DNA of 64,000 nt from Eledone cirrhosa. Lineage: Eukaryota. A program made the translations under genes and the position numbers. A model generated the notes under the pieces. It was not told where the DNA came from, did no database searches, and was given only the letters and a program-made list of their open reading frames with translations. The stretch is taken from positions 15,438,001 through 15,502,000 of the forward strand of contig OZ024764.1 of the NCBI GenBank assembly GCA_964016885.1, in the 5' to 3' direction. This document shows positions 50,110 to 62,579 of this stretch, in pieces. Every line of letters begins with the position of its first letter. Position 1 is the first letter of the stretch.

Positions 50110-51315
50110 TTAGCCCTTTAGCATTTACATTACTCTATATATACTATTGTATTTTCACAGTAAAGGCTTTACCTCACATAACATTTACATTACTCTATAT
50201 ATACTACTGTATTTTCACAGTAAAGGCTTTACCTCACATAATATCTCACATAACATTTACATTACTCTATATATACTATTGTATTTTCACAGTAAAGGCT
50301 TTACCTCACATAACATTTACATTACTCTATATATACTATTGTATTTTCACAGTAAAGGCTTTACCTCACATAATATCTCTCACATTTACATTATTCTATA
50401 TATACTATTGTATTTTCACAGTAAAGGCTTTACCTCACATAACATTTACATTACTCTATATATACTATTGTATTTTCACAGTAAAGGCTTTACCTCACAT
50501 AACATTTACATTACTCTATATATACTATTGTATTGTCACAGTAAAGGCTTTACCTCACATAACATTTACATTACTCTATATATACTATTGTATTTTCACA
50601 GTAAAGGCTTTACCTCACATAATACCTCACATAACATTTACATTACTCTATATATACTATTGTATTGTCACAGTAAAGGCTTTACCTCACATAACATTTA
50701 CATTACTCTATATATACTATTGTATTTTCACAGTAAAGGCTTTACCTCACATAATATCTCACATAACATTTACATTACTCTATATATACTATTGTATTTT
50801 CACAGTAAAGGCTTTACTTCACATAATATCTCACAACATTTACATTACTCTATATATACTATTGTATTTTCACAGTAAAGGCTTTACCTCACATAATCTC
50901 ACACAACATTTACATTACTCTATATATACTATTGTATTTTCACAGTAAAGGCTTTACCTCACATAATATCTCACATAACATTTACATTACTCTATATATA
51001 CTATTGTATTTTCACAGTAAAGGCTTTACCTCACATAATATCTCGCATAACATTTACATTACTCTATATATACTATTGTATTGTCACAGTAAAGGCTTTA
51101 CCTCACATAATATCTCACATAACATTTATATTACTCTATATATACTATTGTATTTTCACAGTAAAGGCTTTACCTCACATAATATCGAATCAATGAGATT
51201 TTGAAAGTATTTATTTTGAGAACAATACCTTAACATCAGTTTGAGTGACCAGTTACAGCCAGTTTCAACAGAAAAGGGTAGAGAATTCTGGCCGGTTTGA
51301 ACATTAAAGGGTTAA
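50110..51315. mobile_element. piggyBac-like MITE whose subterminal 60/72-bp segment is amplified ~16x (50120-51185)
   Basis: Begins ccctttagcatttac and ends ttaaagggttaa; unit acatttacattactctatatatactattgtattttcacagtaaaggctttacctcacata is the reverse complement of the MITE end at ~42680-42745. Confidence 0.9.
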
Positions 51316-51564
51316 CCGAGAGATCCTTTAGCTTCCAAACCCTCTGTCTTTCCATATTTTCCTGCATATCTTGTTCTGTCTTGTGTTTATTTTGATATCA
51401 CTAATAACTTGTGCTAGGTGGTGCATTCTTCCCCAGGGAAGGCCTTAGTATTTACTACAGGTTGTGCTAACATGCAGCACGTTGACCTGACCTCGAAGAA
51501 GAAGAAACCCCCACTGTGCAAAGTAAGCCTAACTATTTCATTTCTTTTGAATTCATTACTCCCT

Positions 51565-52392
51565 GATGATGACGGTGGTGGTGATGGTTATAGTGGTAGT
51601 GGTAGTGGTGGTGACAGCGGCGGTGGTGATGATGGTGATCGTGATGGTTATAGTGGTAGTGGTGGTGACAGTGGCGGTGGTGGTGATGGTGATGGTTATA
51701 GTGGTAGTGGTGGTGACAGTGGCGGTGGTGGTGATGGTGATGGTTATAGTGGTAGTGGTGGTGACAGTGGCGGTGGTGGTGATGGTGATGGTGATGGTTA
51801 TAGTGGTAGTGGTGGTGACAGTGGCGGTGGTGGTGATGGTGATGGTTATAGTGGTAGTGGTGGTGACAGTGGCGGTGGTGATGATGGTGATGGTTGTAGT
51901 GGTAGTGGTGGTGACAGTGGCGGTGGTGATGGTTATAGTGGTAGTGGTGGTGACAGTGGTGATGATGGTGGTGATGATGACAGTGGTTATGGAGGTGGTG
52001 GTGGTGGTGGTGATGGTTATAGTGGTAGTGGTGGTGACAGTGGCGGTGGTGATGATGACAATGGTGATGGTGATGGTTATAGTGGTTGTGGTGGTGACAG
52101 TGGCGGTGGTGGTGATGGTTATGGTGATGGTGGTGACAATGGTGGTGGTGGTGATGATGACAATGGTTATGTGGAGGTGGTGGTGGTGGTGGTGATGACA
52201 ATGGTTATGGTGGTGGTGGTGGTGATGACTGGTTATGGAGGTGGTGGTGGTGGTGGTGATGACAGTGGTTATGGTGGTGGTGGTGGTATGATGACAGTGG
52301 TTATGGAGGTGGTGGTGGTGGTGATGATGACAGTGGTTATGGTGGTGGTGGTGGTATGATGACAGTGGTTATGGAGGTGGTGGTGGTGGTGA
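51565..52392. repeat. GGT/GAT-based cryptic minisatellite
   Basis: ggttatagtggtagtggtggtgacagtggcggtggtggtgat units. Confidence 0.9.
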
Positions 52393-52604
52393 TTAAAACA
52401 TCATTGAATTTTCCAAGAATCGCCAGAGATATCCTTTTTTTATACTTGCTTGCATGCATTTCATAATAATAATAATAATAATAATAACAATAATAATAAT
52501 GTTCAAATCATGATAAAGAAAATATCTTTTTTTTTTTTTGTTTTAAATAATAAAAAGTTTCTTAAAGAATCGGTGATGTTTGTACACACAAGCTGTCCTT
52601 AGTG

Positions 52605-52856
52605 TTGCTTTCATCGTCTCCTCGCTTTCATCGTTTCATCTCCTCGCTTTCATCGTCTCGTCGCTTTCATCGTTTTGTCTCCTCGCATTCATCGTTTCGT
52701 CTCCTCTCCTCGCTTTCATCGTTTCGTCTCCTCGCATTCATCGTTTCGTCTCCTCTCCTCGCTTTCATCGTTTTGTCTCCTCGCATTCATCGTTTCGTCT
52801 CCTCTCCTCGCTTTCATCTCCTCGCATTCATCGTTTCGTCTCCTCTCTCTCTTTCG
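52605..52856. repeat. ~22-bp pyrimidine-rich minisatellite
   Basis: tcctcgc(t/a)ttcatcgtttcgtc units. Confidence 0.88.
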
Positions 52857-53369
52857 TTAAACCATAAATAAAGCGTCCACATTAACAGAGGCGTTACAGG
52901 CTGGGGTTTGTTTTTATACAAAGAATAATAAATTCTAGAAGAGAGAGGAAAAAAAAAACATGCTTAACCCTTTTCATAGCAAACCAGCTGCACCTACAAC
53001 ACTGGCTGCAGCCTCCCTCTAGGTCCTCTACAACATAAAGTTGTTTGTATTTAACCTTTAGCATGCTGAACGTCTTAATGGATTACTTCCCTTGACACAG
53101 TATTATGTATTAAGAGGAAATCACTCTATCTGCGATATAAGCTGCCTAAAGCGTACTGAAGGTTAAAACATTCTTTTTGCAATCATAGTTTCATGTAAGG
53201 ACCTTTGTTAAGTTATGTTCCAAACAAGTTAGTTCAGATGTTTTAAGTATGTAAATATCTCCTCGGAATTCTTCAATTTTTTTCAAAGTGTCTCCATTAG
53301 CAGTGACTTTCATGAGGAATACGGTATCGGTGACACAACCACACAGGGGACCTCATCATAGCCATGGAG

Positions 53370-54302
53370 GGAGAGAGAGTGTGACAGAGAGAGAGAGAGA
53401 GTGTGACAAAGAGAGAGAGTGTGACAGAGAGAGAGAGTGTGACAGAGAGAGAGAGAGTGACAGAGAGTGTGTGACAGAGAGAGAGAGTGTGACAGAGAGA
53501 GAGAGAGAGTGACAGAGAGAGAGAGAGAGAGAGTGTGACAGAGAGAGAGAGAGAGTGACAGAGAGAGAGAGTGAATGAGTGTGACAGAGAGAGAGAGTGA
53601 ATGAGTGTGACAGAAAGAGAGAGTGAATGAGTTTGACAGAAAGAGAGTTAGAAAGAGAGAGTGAATGAGTTTGACAGAAAGAGAGTTAGAAAGAGAGAGT
53701 GTGACAGAAAGAGAGAGTGAATGAGTTTGACAGAAAGAGAGTTAGAAAGAGAGAGTGTGTCAGAAAGAGAGAGTGAATGAGTTTGACAGAAAGAGAGTTA
53801 GAAAGAGAGAGTGTGTCAGAAAGAGAAAGTGAATGAGTGTGACATAAAGAGTTAGAAAGAGAGAGTGTGACAGAAAGAGAGAGTGAATGAGTTTGACAGA
53901 AAGAGAGTTAGAAAGAGAGAGTGTGTCAGAAAGAGAGAGTGAATGAGTTTGACAGAAAGAGAGTTAGAAAGAGAGAGTGTGTCAGAAAGAGAGAGTGAAT
54001 GAGTTTGACAGAAAGAGTTAGAAAGAGAGAGTGTGACAGAAAGAGAGAGTGAATGAGTTTGACAGAAAGAGAGTTAGAAAGAGAGAGAGAGTTAGAAAGA
54101 GTGTGTCAGAAAGAGAGAGTGAATGAGTGTGACATAAAGAGAGTTAGAAAGAGAGAGAGTAAAAGAGTGAGAAAAAGGGTGAGAGACAAAGAGAAAGAGT
54201 GAGAGAGGGAGAGAGAGTTGAGTAAGAGAGAGAGTCAGAGAGAGAGAGAGAGTGAGAGAGAGTGAGTGAGAGAGAGTGTGAGTGAGAGAGAGAGAGAGAG
54301 TG
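53370..54302. repeat. GA-rich compound repeat
   Basis: gagtgtgacagagagagag and gacagaaagagagttagaaagagagagt units. Confidence 0.92.
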
Positions 54303-54399
54303 ATATCTCAGGACGGTGGCGGTGGGGAATATATAAAAAAAAAAGATTCCAATAAATAAATAAATAAACTAAAGAAGCCATGATAGTGGGAACTATTGA

Positions 54400-54986
54400 C
54401 AGGTCCTCTGTTGTGGGCAGGTCCCTTCTAGCTGCTGGGTCTGGGCAGGTCCCCCTCTTGTGGGCAGGTCCCTTCTAGCTGCTGGGTCTGGGCAGGTTCC
54501 CCTCTTGTGGGCAGGTCCCTTCTAGCTGCTGGGTTTGGGCAGGTCCCCCTCTTGTGGGCAGGTCCCTTCTAGCTGCTGGGTCTGGGCAGGTTCCCCTCTT
54601 GTGGGCAGGTCCCTTCTAGCTGCTGGGTTTGGGCAGGTCCCCCTCTTGTGGGCAGGTCCCTTCGAGCTGCTGGGTCTGGGCAGGTCCTCCTCTTGTGGGC
54701 AGGTCCCTTCTAGCTGCTGGGTCTGGGCAGGTCCCTTCTTGTGGGCAGATCTTTTCTAGCTGCTGGGTCTGGGCAGGTCCCCTCTTGTGGGCAGATCTTT
54801 TCTAGCTGCTGGGTCTGGGAAGGTCCCCTCTTGTGGGCAGATCTTTTCTAGCTGCTGGGTCTGGGCAGGTCCCCTCTTGTGGGCAGATCTTTTCTAGCTG
54901 CTGGGTCTGGGCAGGTCCCCTCTTGTGGGCAGATCTTTTCTAGCTGCTGGGTCTGGGCAGGTCCCTTCTAGCTGCTGGTCTGGGCA
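54400..54986. repeat. 46-47-bp GC-rich minisatellite (~12 copies)
   Basis: gggcaggtcccttctagctgctgggtctgggcaggtccccctcttgt. Confidence 0.95.
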
Positions 54987-55114
54987 CACATACACACAGA
55001 TACACAGACATACACATACACACATACACACAGACACACACACACACACACTCGCATACAAAACTATACTGCCACATATACATACACACAGAGTCACATG
55101 GACATTGCCTCCAC

Positions 55115-55680
55115 CACTGCTGTTGTTACTGTTGCTGTTGTTACTGTTGTTACTGCTGCTGTTGTTACTGTTGTTGTTACTGCTGCTGTTGTTACTGTTG
55201 TTACTGCTGCTGTTGTTACTGTTGTTACTGCTGCTGTTGTTACTGTTGTTGTTACTGCTGCTGTTGTTACTGTTGTTGTTACTGCTGCTGTTGTTACTGT
55301 TGCTGTTGTTACTGTTGTTACTGCTGCTGTTGTTACTGTTGTTGTTACTGCTGCTGTTGTTACTGCTGCTGTTGTTACTGTTGCTGTTGTTACTGTTGCT
55401 GTTGTTACTGTTGTTACTGCTGCTGTTGTTACTGTTGTTGTTACTGCTGCTGTTGTTACTGTTGTTACTGTTGCTGTTGTTACTGTTGTTACTGCTGCTG
55501 TTGTTACTGTTGTTGTTACTGCTGCTGTTGTTACTGTTGTTACTGCTGCTGTTATTACTGTTGCTGTTGTTACTGCTGTTGTTACTGTTGTTACTGCTGT
55601 TGTTACTGTTGTTACTGCTGCTGCTGTTGTTACCGTTGTTGTTGTTACTGCTGCTGTCACTGTTGTTGTTGTTGTTGTCA
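55115..55680. repeat. (GTT/ACT/GCT)n trinucleotide tract
   Basis: Direct reading. Confidence 0.95.
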
Positions 55681-55744
55681 CACTAGCCAGTGGTAACTGT
55701 CTTTGCTAGTTTTTTCTTGCCTGTTTGATGAGAAAATAATTAAA

Positions 55745-56215
55745 AAATATGTTAATGAAGGGTTAAAGTGTTTATATTTATCTAAAGACCTCCCATCATA
55801 ACTTAACAAAGGTTCTTACATAAAATTATAATGGAGGGTTTCAGATAAATATAAACACTTTAACCCTTTCATTACCATATTTCTAATGAAAGACACTGTT
55901 GGTGTTTGGAACATAACTTAACAAAGGTTCTTACATAAAATTAAGATGGAAGGTTTTTAGATAAATATAAACACTTTAACCCTTTCATTACCATATTTCT
56001 AATGAAAGACACTGTTGGTGTTTGGAACATAACTTAACAAAGGTTCTTACATAAAATTAAGATGGAAGGTTTTTAGATAAATATAAACACTTTAACCCTT
56101 TCATTACCATATTTCTAATGAAAGACACTGTTGGTGCTTGGAACATAACTTAACAAAGGTTCTTACATAAAATTATAATGGAGGGTTTCAGATAAATATA
56201 AACACTTTAATTAAA
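55745..56215. repeat. 116-bp tandem repeat (~3 copies) built from TTAA-CCCTT MITE-like ends
   Basis: taaccctttcattaccatatttc at 55861, 55977 and 56093; inverted 'aagggttaaagtgtttatatttatct' at ~55758. Confidence 0.85.
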
Positions 56216-56429
56216 ACTTGTATCATAGAACCAGGGGTGGTATAAAACATGGTCCCGGGGGTGATGCAGTTGGGTGGGCAGGGAGTTGTTAATATTTGAA
56301 AGGTTAAACAGGGGGGGGGGGGCAGACGGTGCAGATGTGAGGGCAGGGGAAGTGTTAGTAATTAATAGCTTAATCCTGCTCCCAGGTGGCAGCAGGAGTG
56401 TGGTGGAGGGGTCAAAGGGAGGGATCAGT

Positions 56430-57236
56430 ATCTAAACAGTTACCATGCTACAATATGCCAAGGGAGGGGTCAGTATTTAGTTACCATGTTACAATATACC
56501 AAGGCAGGGGTCAGTATTTAGTTACCATGCTACAATATACCAAGGGAGGGGTCAGTATTTAGTTACCATGTTACAATATACCAAGGCAGGGGTCAGTATT
56601 TAGTTACCATGCTACAATATACCAAGGGAGGGGTCAGTATTTAGTTACCATGCTACAATATACCAAGGGAGGGGTCAGTATTTAGTTACCATGTTACAAT
56701 ATACCAAGGGAGGGGTCAGTATTTAGTTACCATGCTACAATATACCAAGGGAGGGGTCAGTATTTAGTTACCATGTTACAATATACCAAGGGAGGGGTCA
56801 GTATTTAGTTACCATGCTACAATATACCAAGGGAGGGGTCAGTATTTAGTTACCATGTTACAATATACCAAGGGAGGGGTCAGTATTTAGTTACCATGCT
56901 ACAATATACCAAGGGAGGGGTCAGTATTTAGTCACCATGCTACAATATACCAAGGGAGGGGTCAGTATTTAGTTACCATGCTACAATATACCAAGGCAGG
57001 GGTCAGTATTTAGTTACCATGTTACAATATACCAAGGGAGGGGTCAGTATTTAGTCACCATGCTACAATATACCAAGGGAGGGGTCAGTATTTAGTTACC
57101 ATGCTACAATATACCAAGGGAGGGGTCAGTATTTAGTTACCATGCTACAATATACCAAGGGAGGGGTCAGTATTTAGTTACCATGCTACAATATACCAAG
57201 GGAGGGGTCAGTATTTAGTTACCATGCTACAATATT
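56430..57236. repeat. 41-bp minisatellite (~19 copies)
   Basis: gttaccatgctacaatataccaagggaggggtcagtattta. Confidence 0.96.
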
Positions 57237-57297
57237 CAAGAAAATCTTCCTGGACAACAACATCAACAACATGCCAAATATATATAAAAAGGGCAAG

Positions 57298-57332
<35 letters not shown>

Positions 57333-57363
57333 GGTGGTGGTAGTACTAGTGGTAGTGGTGGTG

Positions 57364-57395
<32 letters not shown>

Positions 57396-58322
57396 GGTAG
57401 TAGTAGTAGTGGTGGTGGTGGTAGTAGTAGTAGTGGTGGTGGTGGTAGTAGTAGTGGTAGTAGTACTAGTGTTAGTGGTAGTAGTGGTAGTATTAGTGGT
57501 AGTAGTACTAGTTGTAGTGGTAGTAGTACTAATAGTAGTGGTAGTAGTACTAGTAGTAGTGGTAGTAGTACTAGTTGTAGTGGTAGTAGTACTAGTTGTA
57601 GTGGTAGTAGTACTAGTGGTAGTGGTGCTGGTAGTTGTGCCGATGGTATTATTAATGATGGTGATAGTAGTAGTAGTAGTAGTAGTAGTAGTAGCAGCAG
57701 CAGCAGCAACAATGGTGGTAGTAAGAGAGATCCTTCAATGATTGTGAAGATGTGAGGGCCAGCATGCTGTTTTTCTCACATGCAGGAGATGAAAGAGAGA
57801 GAAAGTATGAGAACAACAAGCGCCAGATGGTGAAAGCCACCACACAGTGGCCACATACCTAATATCTGTTGGTCAGCTGACAGGTCAGGGGGAAAGGTTG
57901 GGTTTTGGTCTGCTCAGTAGTTTTGTGGTTGTCTTTGGTCTGTTGTTGTTGTTGTTTATATTTCCAGTGGCGGGGGGTTGGGTGGAAGGAGAGAGAGAGA
58001 GAGAGAGAGATGGAGAGATGGAAAGAGAGAGATGGAGAGATGGAAAGAGAGAGAGATGGAAAGAGAGAGATGGAGAGATGGAAAGAGAGAGATGGAGAGA
58101 TGGAGAGAGAGAGATGGAGAGATGGAAAGAGAGAGATGGAGAGAGAGAGAGATGGAGAGAGAGAGAGATGGAAAGAGAGAGAGAGATGGATGGAGAGAGA
58201 TGGAAAGAGAGAGAGATGGATGGATAGAGATGAAAAGAGAGAGAGATGGAGAGAGATGGAAAGAGAGAGAGAGAGAGATGGAAAGAGAGAGAGAGAGATG
58301 GAAAGAGAAAGAGAGATATATA
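57298..58322. repeat. (GTA/GTG)n tract (57298-57710) and GA/GATG tract (57988-58322)
   Basis: Direct reading. Confidence 0.9.
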
Positions 58323-58902
58323 GAGGAATCCGGAATGGTTTTAAGAAAAGTAATTGTTTTATGGTGGTGGTGTGGTCGGTTGCGAAGAAGGGGGATAAAA
58401 AGAAATTAAATTTAAAATAAAATTTAAAAAAATATGAAATAAATAAATAAAGTTTTTTTTAGCCAAGGGCCGAGATGAAACAGGTCGTGCCTGGCTCCAG
58501 AGACAGATAGCTTCATTTGTGAGCATGTGTGTGTGTGTATATATATATATAAATCCCATTCTACATGATGCAGTCATTTAAACCACATCAACACAACTTG
58601 TCATCATTCTAACACTTTTTTTTTGTATTTCTTACTCTTTTCTTCTCCTACTCTACTACGATAAAGGGTTTAACCCGAGACATCAGATCGTTTCTTCACT
58701 TTCTATTCACTGTCAATATCTCCACAATATACACATTATTCATATCTTTTGTCTTCTTTTTTCACATTTTCTGTACTCTCAGATTCTAACTGTTTGCTCC
58801 CCCGTCATATACATATATATACATATATATATGCATGTATATATATACATATATATATATGCATGTATATATATATATATATATATATACATATATATAT
58901 GC

Positions 58903-58945
<43 letters not shown>

Positions 58946-59148
58946 TACATATATGCATACATATATGAATGTATATATATATATATATATATATATACAT
59001 ACATATATATTCATATATGTATGCATATATATATATACATGTATTTCCTAATGTTTGTTGAGTGAGTTGGAATTTGGCCGGAGTATCGCTAAAAAGCTTT
59101 CTCCGATATTGTATTTATATATGAATGTATATATATATATATATAGGC

Positions 59149-59194
<46 letters not shown>

Positions 59195-59432
59195 GTGTAT
59201 ATATGTATATATATACATGTGTATATATATATATATATATACATGTGTATATATGTATATATATACATGTGTATATACATATATATAGGCATATGTATAT
59301 ATATATATATCTATGCCTATATACGCATGTGTATATATACATACATGCATACGTAGATATACTAAGCTGTGGTATAGCAATCAGAGATAAGAGTTTCATT
59401 TTAGTTAAAAGTTCCGAGTTTATGTCGTGTGT

Positions 59433-61603
59433 TTAAAGTCGGCTTTCTCGAAGTGATGAGAAACGGTCTTGTGACTCTCCATTATCTGCCCTTACATCTG
59501 TGGCACTCGGTGGAGTTTTGGTGTCGCAGTCGTTCACCCCAACATCTGTGGCACTCGGTGGAGTTTTGGTGTCGCAGTCGTTCACCCCAACATCTGTGGC
59601 ACTCGGCGGAGTTTTGGTGTCGCAGTCGTTCACCCCAACATCTGTGGCACTCAGTGGAGTTTTGGTGTCGCAGTCGTTCACCCCAACATCTGTGGCACTC
59701 GGCGGAGTTTTGGTGTCGCAGTCGTTCACCCCAACATCTGTGGCACTCGGCGGAGTTTTGGTGTCGCAGTCGTTCACCCCAACATCTGTGGCACTCGGTG
59801 GAGTTTTGGTGTCGCAGTCGTTCACCCCAACATCTGTGGCACTCAGTGGAGTTTTGGTGTCGCAGTCGTTCACCCCTACATCTGTGGCCCTGGGCGGAGT
59901 GTTGGTGGTGCAGGGAGGTGAGGGTTCCTTTCGGCTTCTGACCAATGTCACATCAATTTCACCACCATCACCATCATCAACAACATCACTAGCAGTGGTG
60001 GGTTTAGTTGTCGTGGCAACCTGGTCGTCAATGGTGACAGACGATTTAAAACGTGAACAGTCGACAGGAGTCCCTTCCACGCTCGTCGGCTGCTCAGACA
60101 CCGAGGAGCTATTATCCACAATAGTTGTGCTGCTGCTGCTGTTGTTGTTGGTGGTGGTGGTGGTGGTGTGGTTCTTACAGACTCCAGCAGAACCCCCGCC
60201 GCCATCTTGTTCAGACTTGTGTCGTGTTGCAGACTTTTCACTCTTCTCCGAAGAAGCATTCGAACTTGTCATCATAGTGGTGGTCGTGGTTGTCTCCCCT
60301 GATTCTGTCGATCTCCTAACAAACATTGTTGCCGTCCTCTCCTCTTCCGTTGTTTTCGTCTTCGTTCTCCTCGTCACAGTTGACTTTGAAGATGAACACG
60401 TCATTTCACTGTTGCTAGCGCCCCCCCGCGGGCCGAACGTGGTGAGGATGGGCCTGCCGCTACCCCCACGCCCACCACCACTGCCCGATGACGATGACGA
60501 TGACATGAACACCTCAACCTTCAGTGGCTTCATTTTCGACCTGGACTTGGATTTTGATTTCGTTTTTGGTGGCGTCGCGCCCGACTGCACCACACCTGCG
60601 GCGGCGGCGGAGGAGGGGGAGGGGGGAAATCCTGCATCGGGACGTGCCGCAGCAGTCCGAGGTTGGCCTCCTTCCGTGGACGGATCCCCGCTGGAATTGA
60701 CTCTGGTCTTCTTCTGCGGCTGTGGTGCCACCGCATGTCGCAGTTGGGGAGCTACGGTGCTGGAGGTGTGCTGCTCATTTGCTGAAATTCGCTCAACCGT
60801 TGGTTCAATCTGCTGCACCTCCACCGCCAGCAACTCACCACCCCCATCAGTCACCTCCATCGCTTCCGACAGAGGCACCGGCAGCACCCTGGCAGCTAAG
60901 GGCCCAGTCCTCTTCGACACCTCTGCTGTGGTCATGTGGCTCACCTCGACTGCGCGCATGTCCATCGTTTGAGGCCCGGCTGCCTGCTGGTGTATCTGTT
61001 CGGCCGGCAGGAGCTCGGTACGTGAATGCACTGCAGCATGTGTCTCGTGCAACCACTGCACATCTTCCTCTTCGCCGGCAGCAAGAGGAGCCAGGGCATC
61101 ACAACTGTCGCCGTGGTACCCAGCGAGGGGCACCTGCTCCGCGCTGCCCTCGCTTTCCCCCTCCGTGCTCACATGGGACGAGGCGTACAACAGCAAGTTA
61201 TGATTGCTGCGTCCGTCGAGATCAGCTGACCAACGCTGCGGAGCCCCTGTGGTGCTCACGCCAGAGGAGGGGGACATAGGTGTCACCTGTGTAACCATTG
61301 GAGACGAAGCAGACATTTTAAGTGACGGCTTCGCTTCAGATCTTTGTTGTTGTTGTTGTAAATGCTGTTGGTCTTGTTGCTGTTGTTGTAATAACTGCTG
61401 TTGTTGGTCTTGCTGTTGTTGTTGTTCTTGTTGTTGTTGCTGTAGTAACTGCTGTTGTTGTTGTTCTTGTTTTCTTAGTAGCATCAGTTGTTGTTGTTGT
61501 TTCAGCTCCTGCTGCAGCTGTTGTTGTTGTTGTTGTTGTTTGCTGTCGTCTTTCCTGGTGAGTTTCCCCAATAACCTCTTCTTGTCTTTCTTGCCTTTTG
61601 TTG
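59433..61603 (-). CDS. Large terminal coding exon of an unidentified protein (basic patch, polyQ, S/T/P-rich disordered region, 16-aa tandem repeats)
   Basis: 712-aa ORF in GC-rich, mostly non-repetitive sequence; the frame extends upstream to an acceptor ccctgtttag|CA at 61604 ([21 protein letters not shown]) behind a very long polypyrimidine tract; TAA at 59433-59435. No upstream coding exon found in the window. Confidence 0.8.
59493..59905. repeat. 48-bp in-frame coding VNTR (~8.5 copies; [16 protein letters not shown])
   Basis: Unit caacatctgtggcactcggtggagttttggtgtcgcagtcgttcaccc. Confidence 0.95.
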
Positions 61604-61609
61604 CTAAAC

Positions 61610-61649
61610 AGGGTGAGGGGATGGGGTAGAGGGGTGGGGGGTAGAGAGG

Positions 61650-61690
<41 letters not shown>

Positions 61691-62352
61691 TAGATAGATA
61701 GATAGATAGCGAGATGGAAAAAGAGATAGAGAGATAGAAAGAAAGCGGGAGAGGAGAGAGAAAGAGAAGAATAGAGAAAGAGGAAGGGGAGAAGAGAGAC
61801 AGAGAGAGAGAGGGGGGGATATGAGAAGGGGTAGAGAGGGGGGGATATATGAGAAGGGGTAGAGAGAGGGGGGAGATATATGAGAAGGGGTAGAGAGAGA
61901 GGGGGAGGGGGGATATATGAGAAGGGGTAGAGAGCGAGGGGGGGGAGATATATGAGAAGGGGTAGAGAGCGAGGGGGGGGGGGGAGATATATGAGAAGGG
62001 GGTAGAGAGAGAGGGGGGGGGAGATATATGAGAAGGGGTAGAGAGAGAGAGGGAGGGGAGATATATGAGAAGGGGTAGAGAGAGAGGGGGGGAGATATAT
62101 GAGAAGGGGTAGAGAGAGAGAGAGAGGGGAGATATATGAGAAGGGGTAGAGAGAGAGAGGGAGGGGGGATATATGAGAAGGGGTAGAGAGCGAGGGGGGG
62201 GAGATATATGAGAAGGGGTAGAGAGCGAGGGGGGGGAGATATATGAGAAGGGGTAGAGAGCGAGGGGGGGGAGATATATGAGAAGGGGTAGAGAGCGAGG
62301 GGGGGGAGATATATGAGAAGGGGTAGAGAGAGAGAGAGAGAGAGAGAGAGAA
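61610..62352. repeat. Purine-rich ~35-bp repeat with G runs
   Basis: gagatatatgagaaggggtagagagcgagggggggg units. Confidence 0.93.
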
Positions 62353-62446
62353 ATGAAAATGAAAAGAGATAAAAATTAATTGATATGAATAATTAAACAA
62401 TAATAATAATGTTAATGATAACAATAACAATAACAATAACAACAAT

Positions 62447-62520
<74 letters not shown>

Positions 62521-62579
62521 CCGTCCAAACCCATGCAAGCGTGGAATATGGACGTTAAACGATGATGATGATGTTGATG

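Noticed and set aside
51418-52359. Gly/Ser/Asp-rich 313-aa ORF resembling a structural protein
   Set aside because: GGT/GAT low-complexity repeat open in several frames, GTG start, no signal peptide, frame drifts into poly-Val; an exon cannot be strictly excluded without RNA data.
59500-60972. 490-aa + strand ORF
   Set aside because: Antisense shadow of the longer minus-strand exon, which has an acceptor and a coherent composition.
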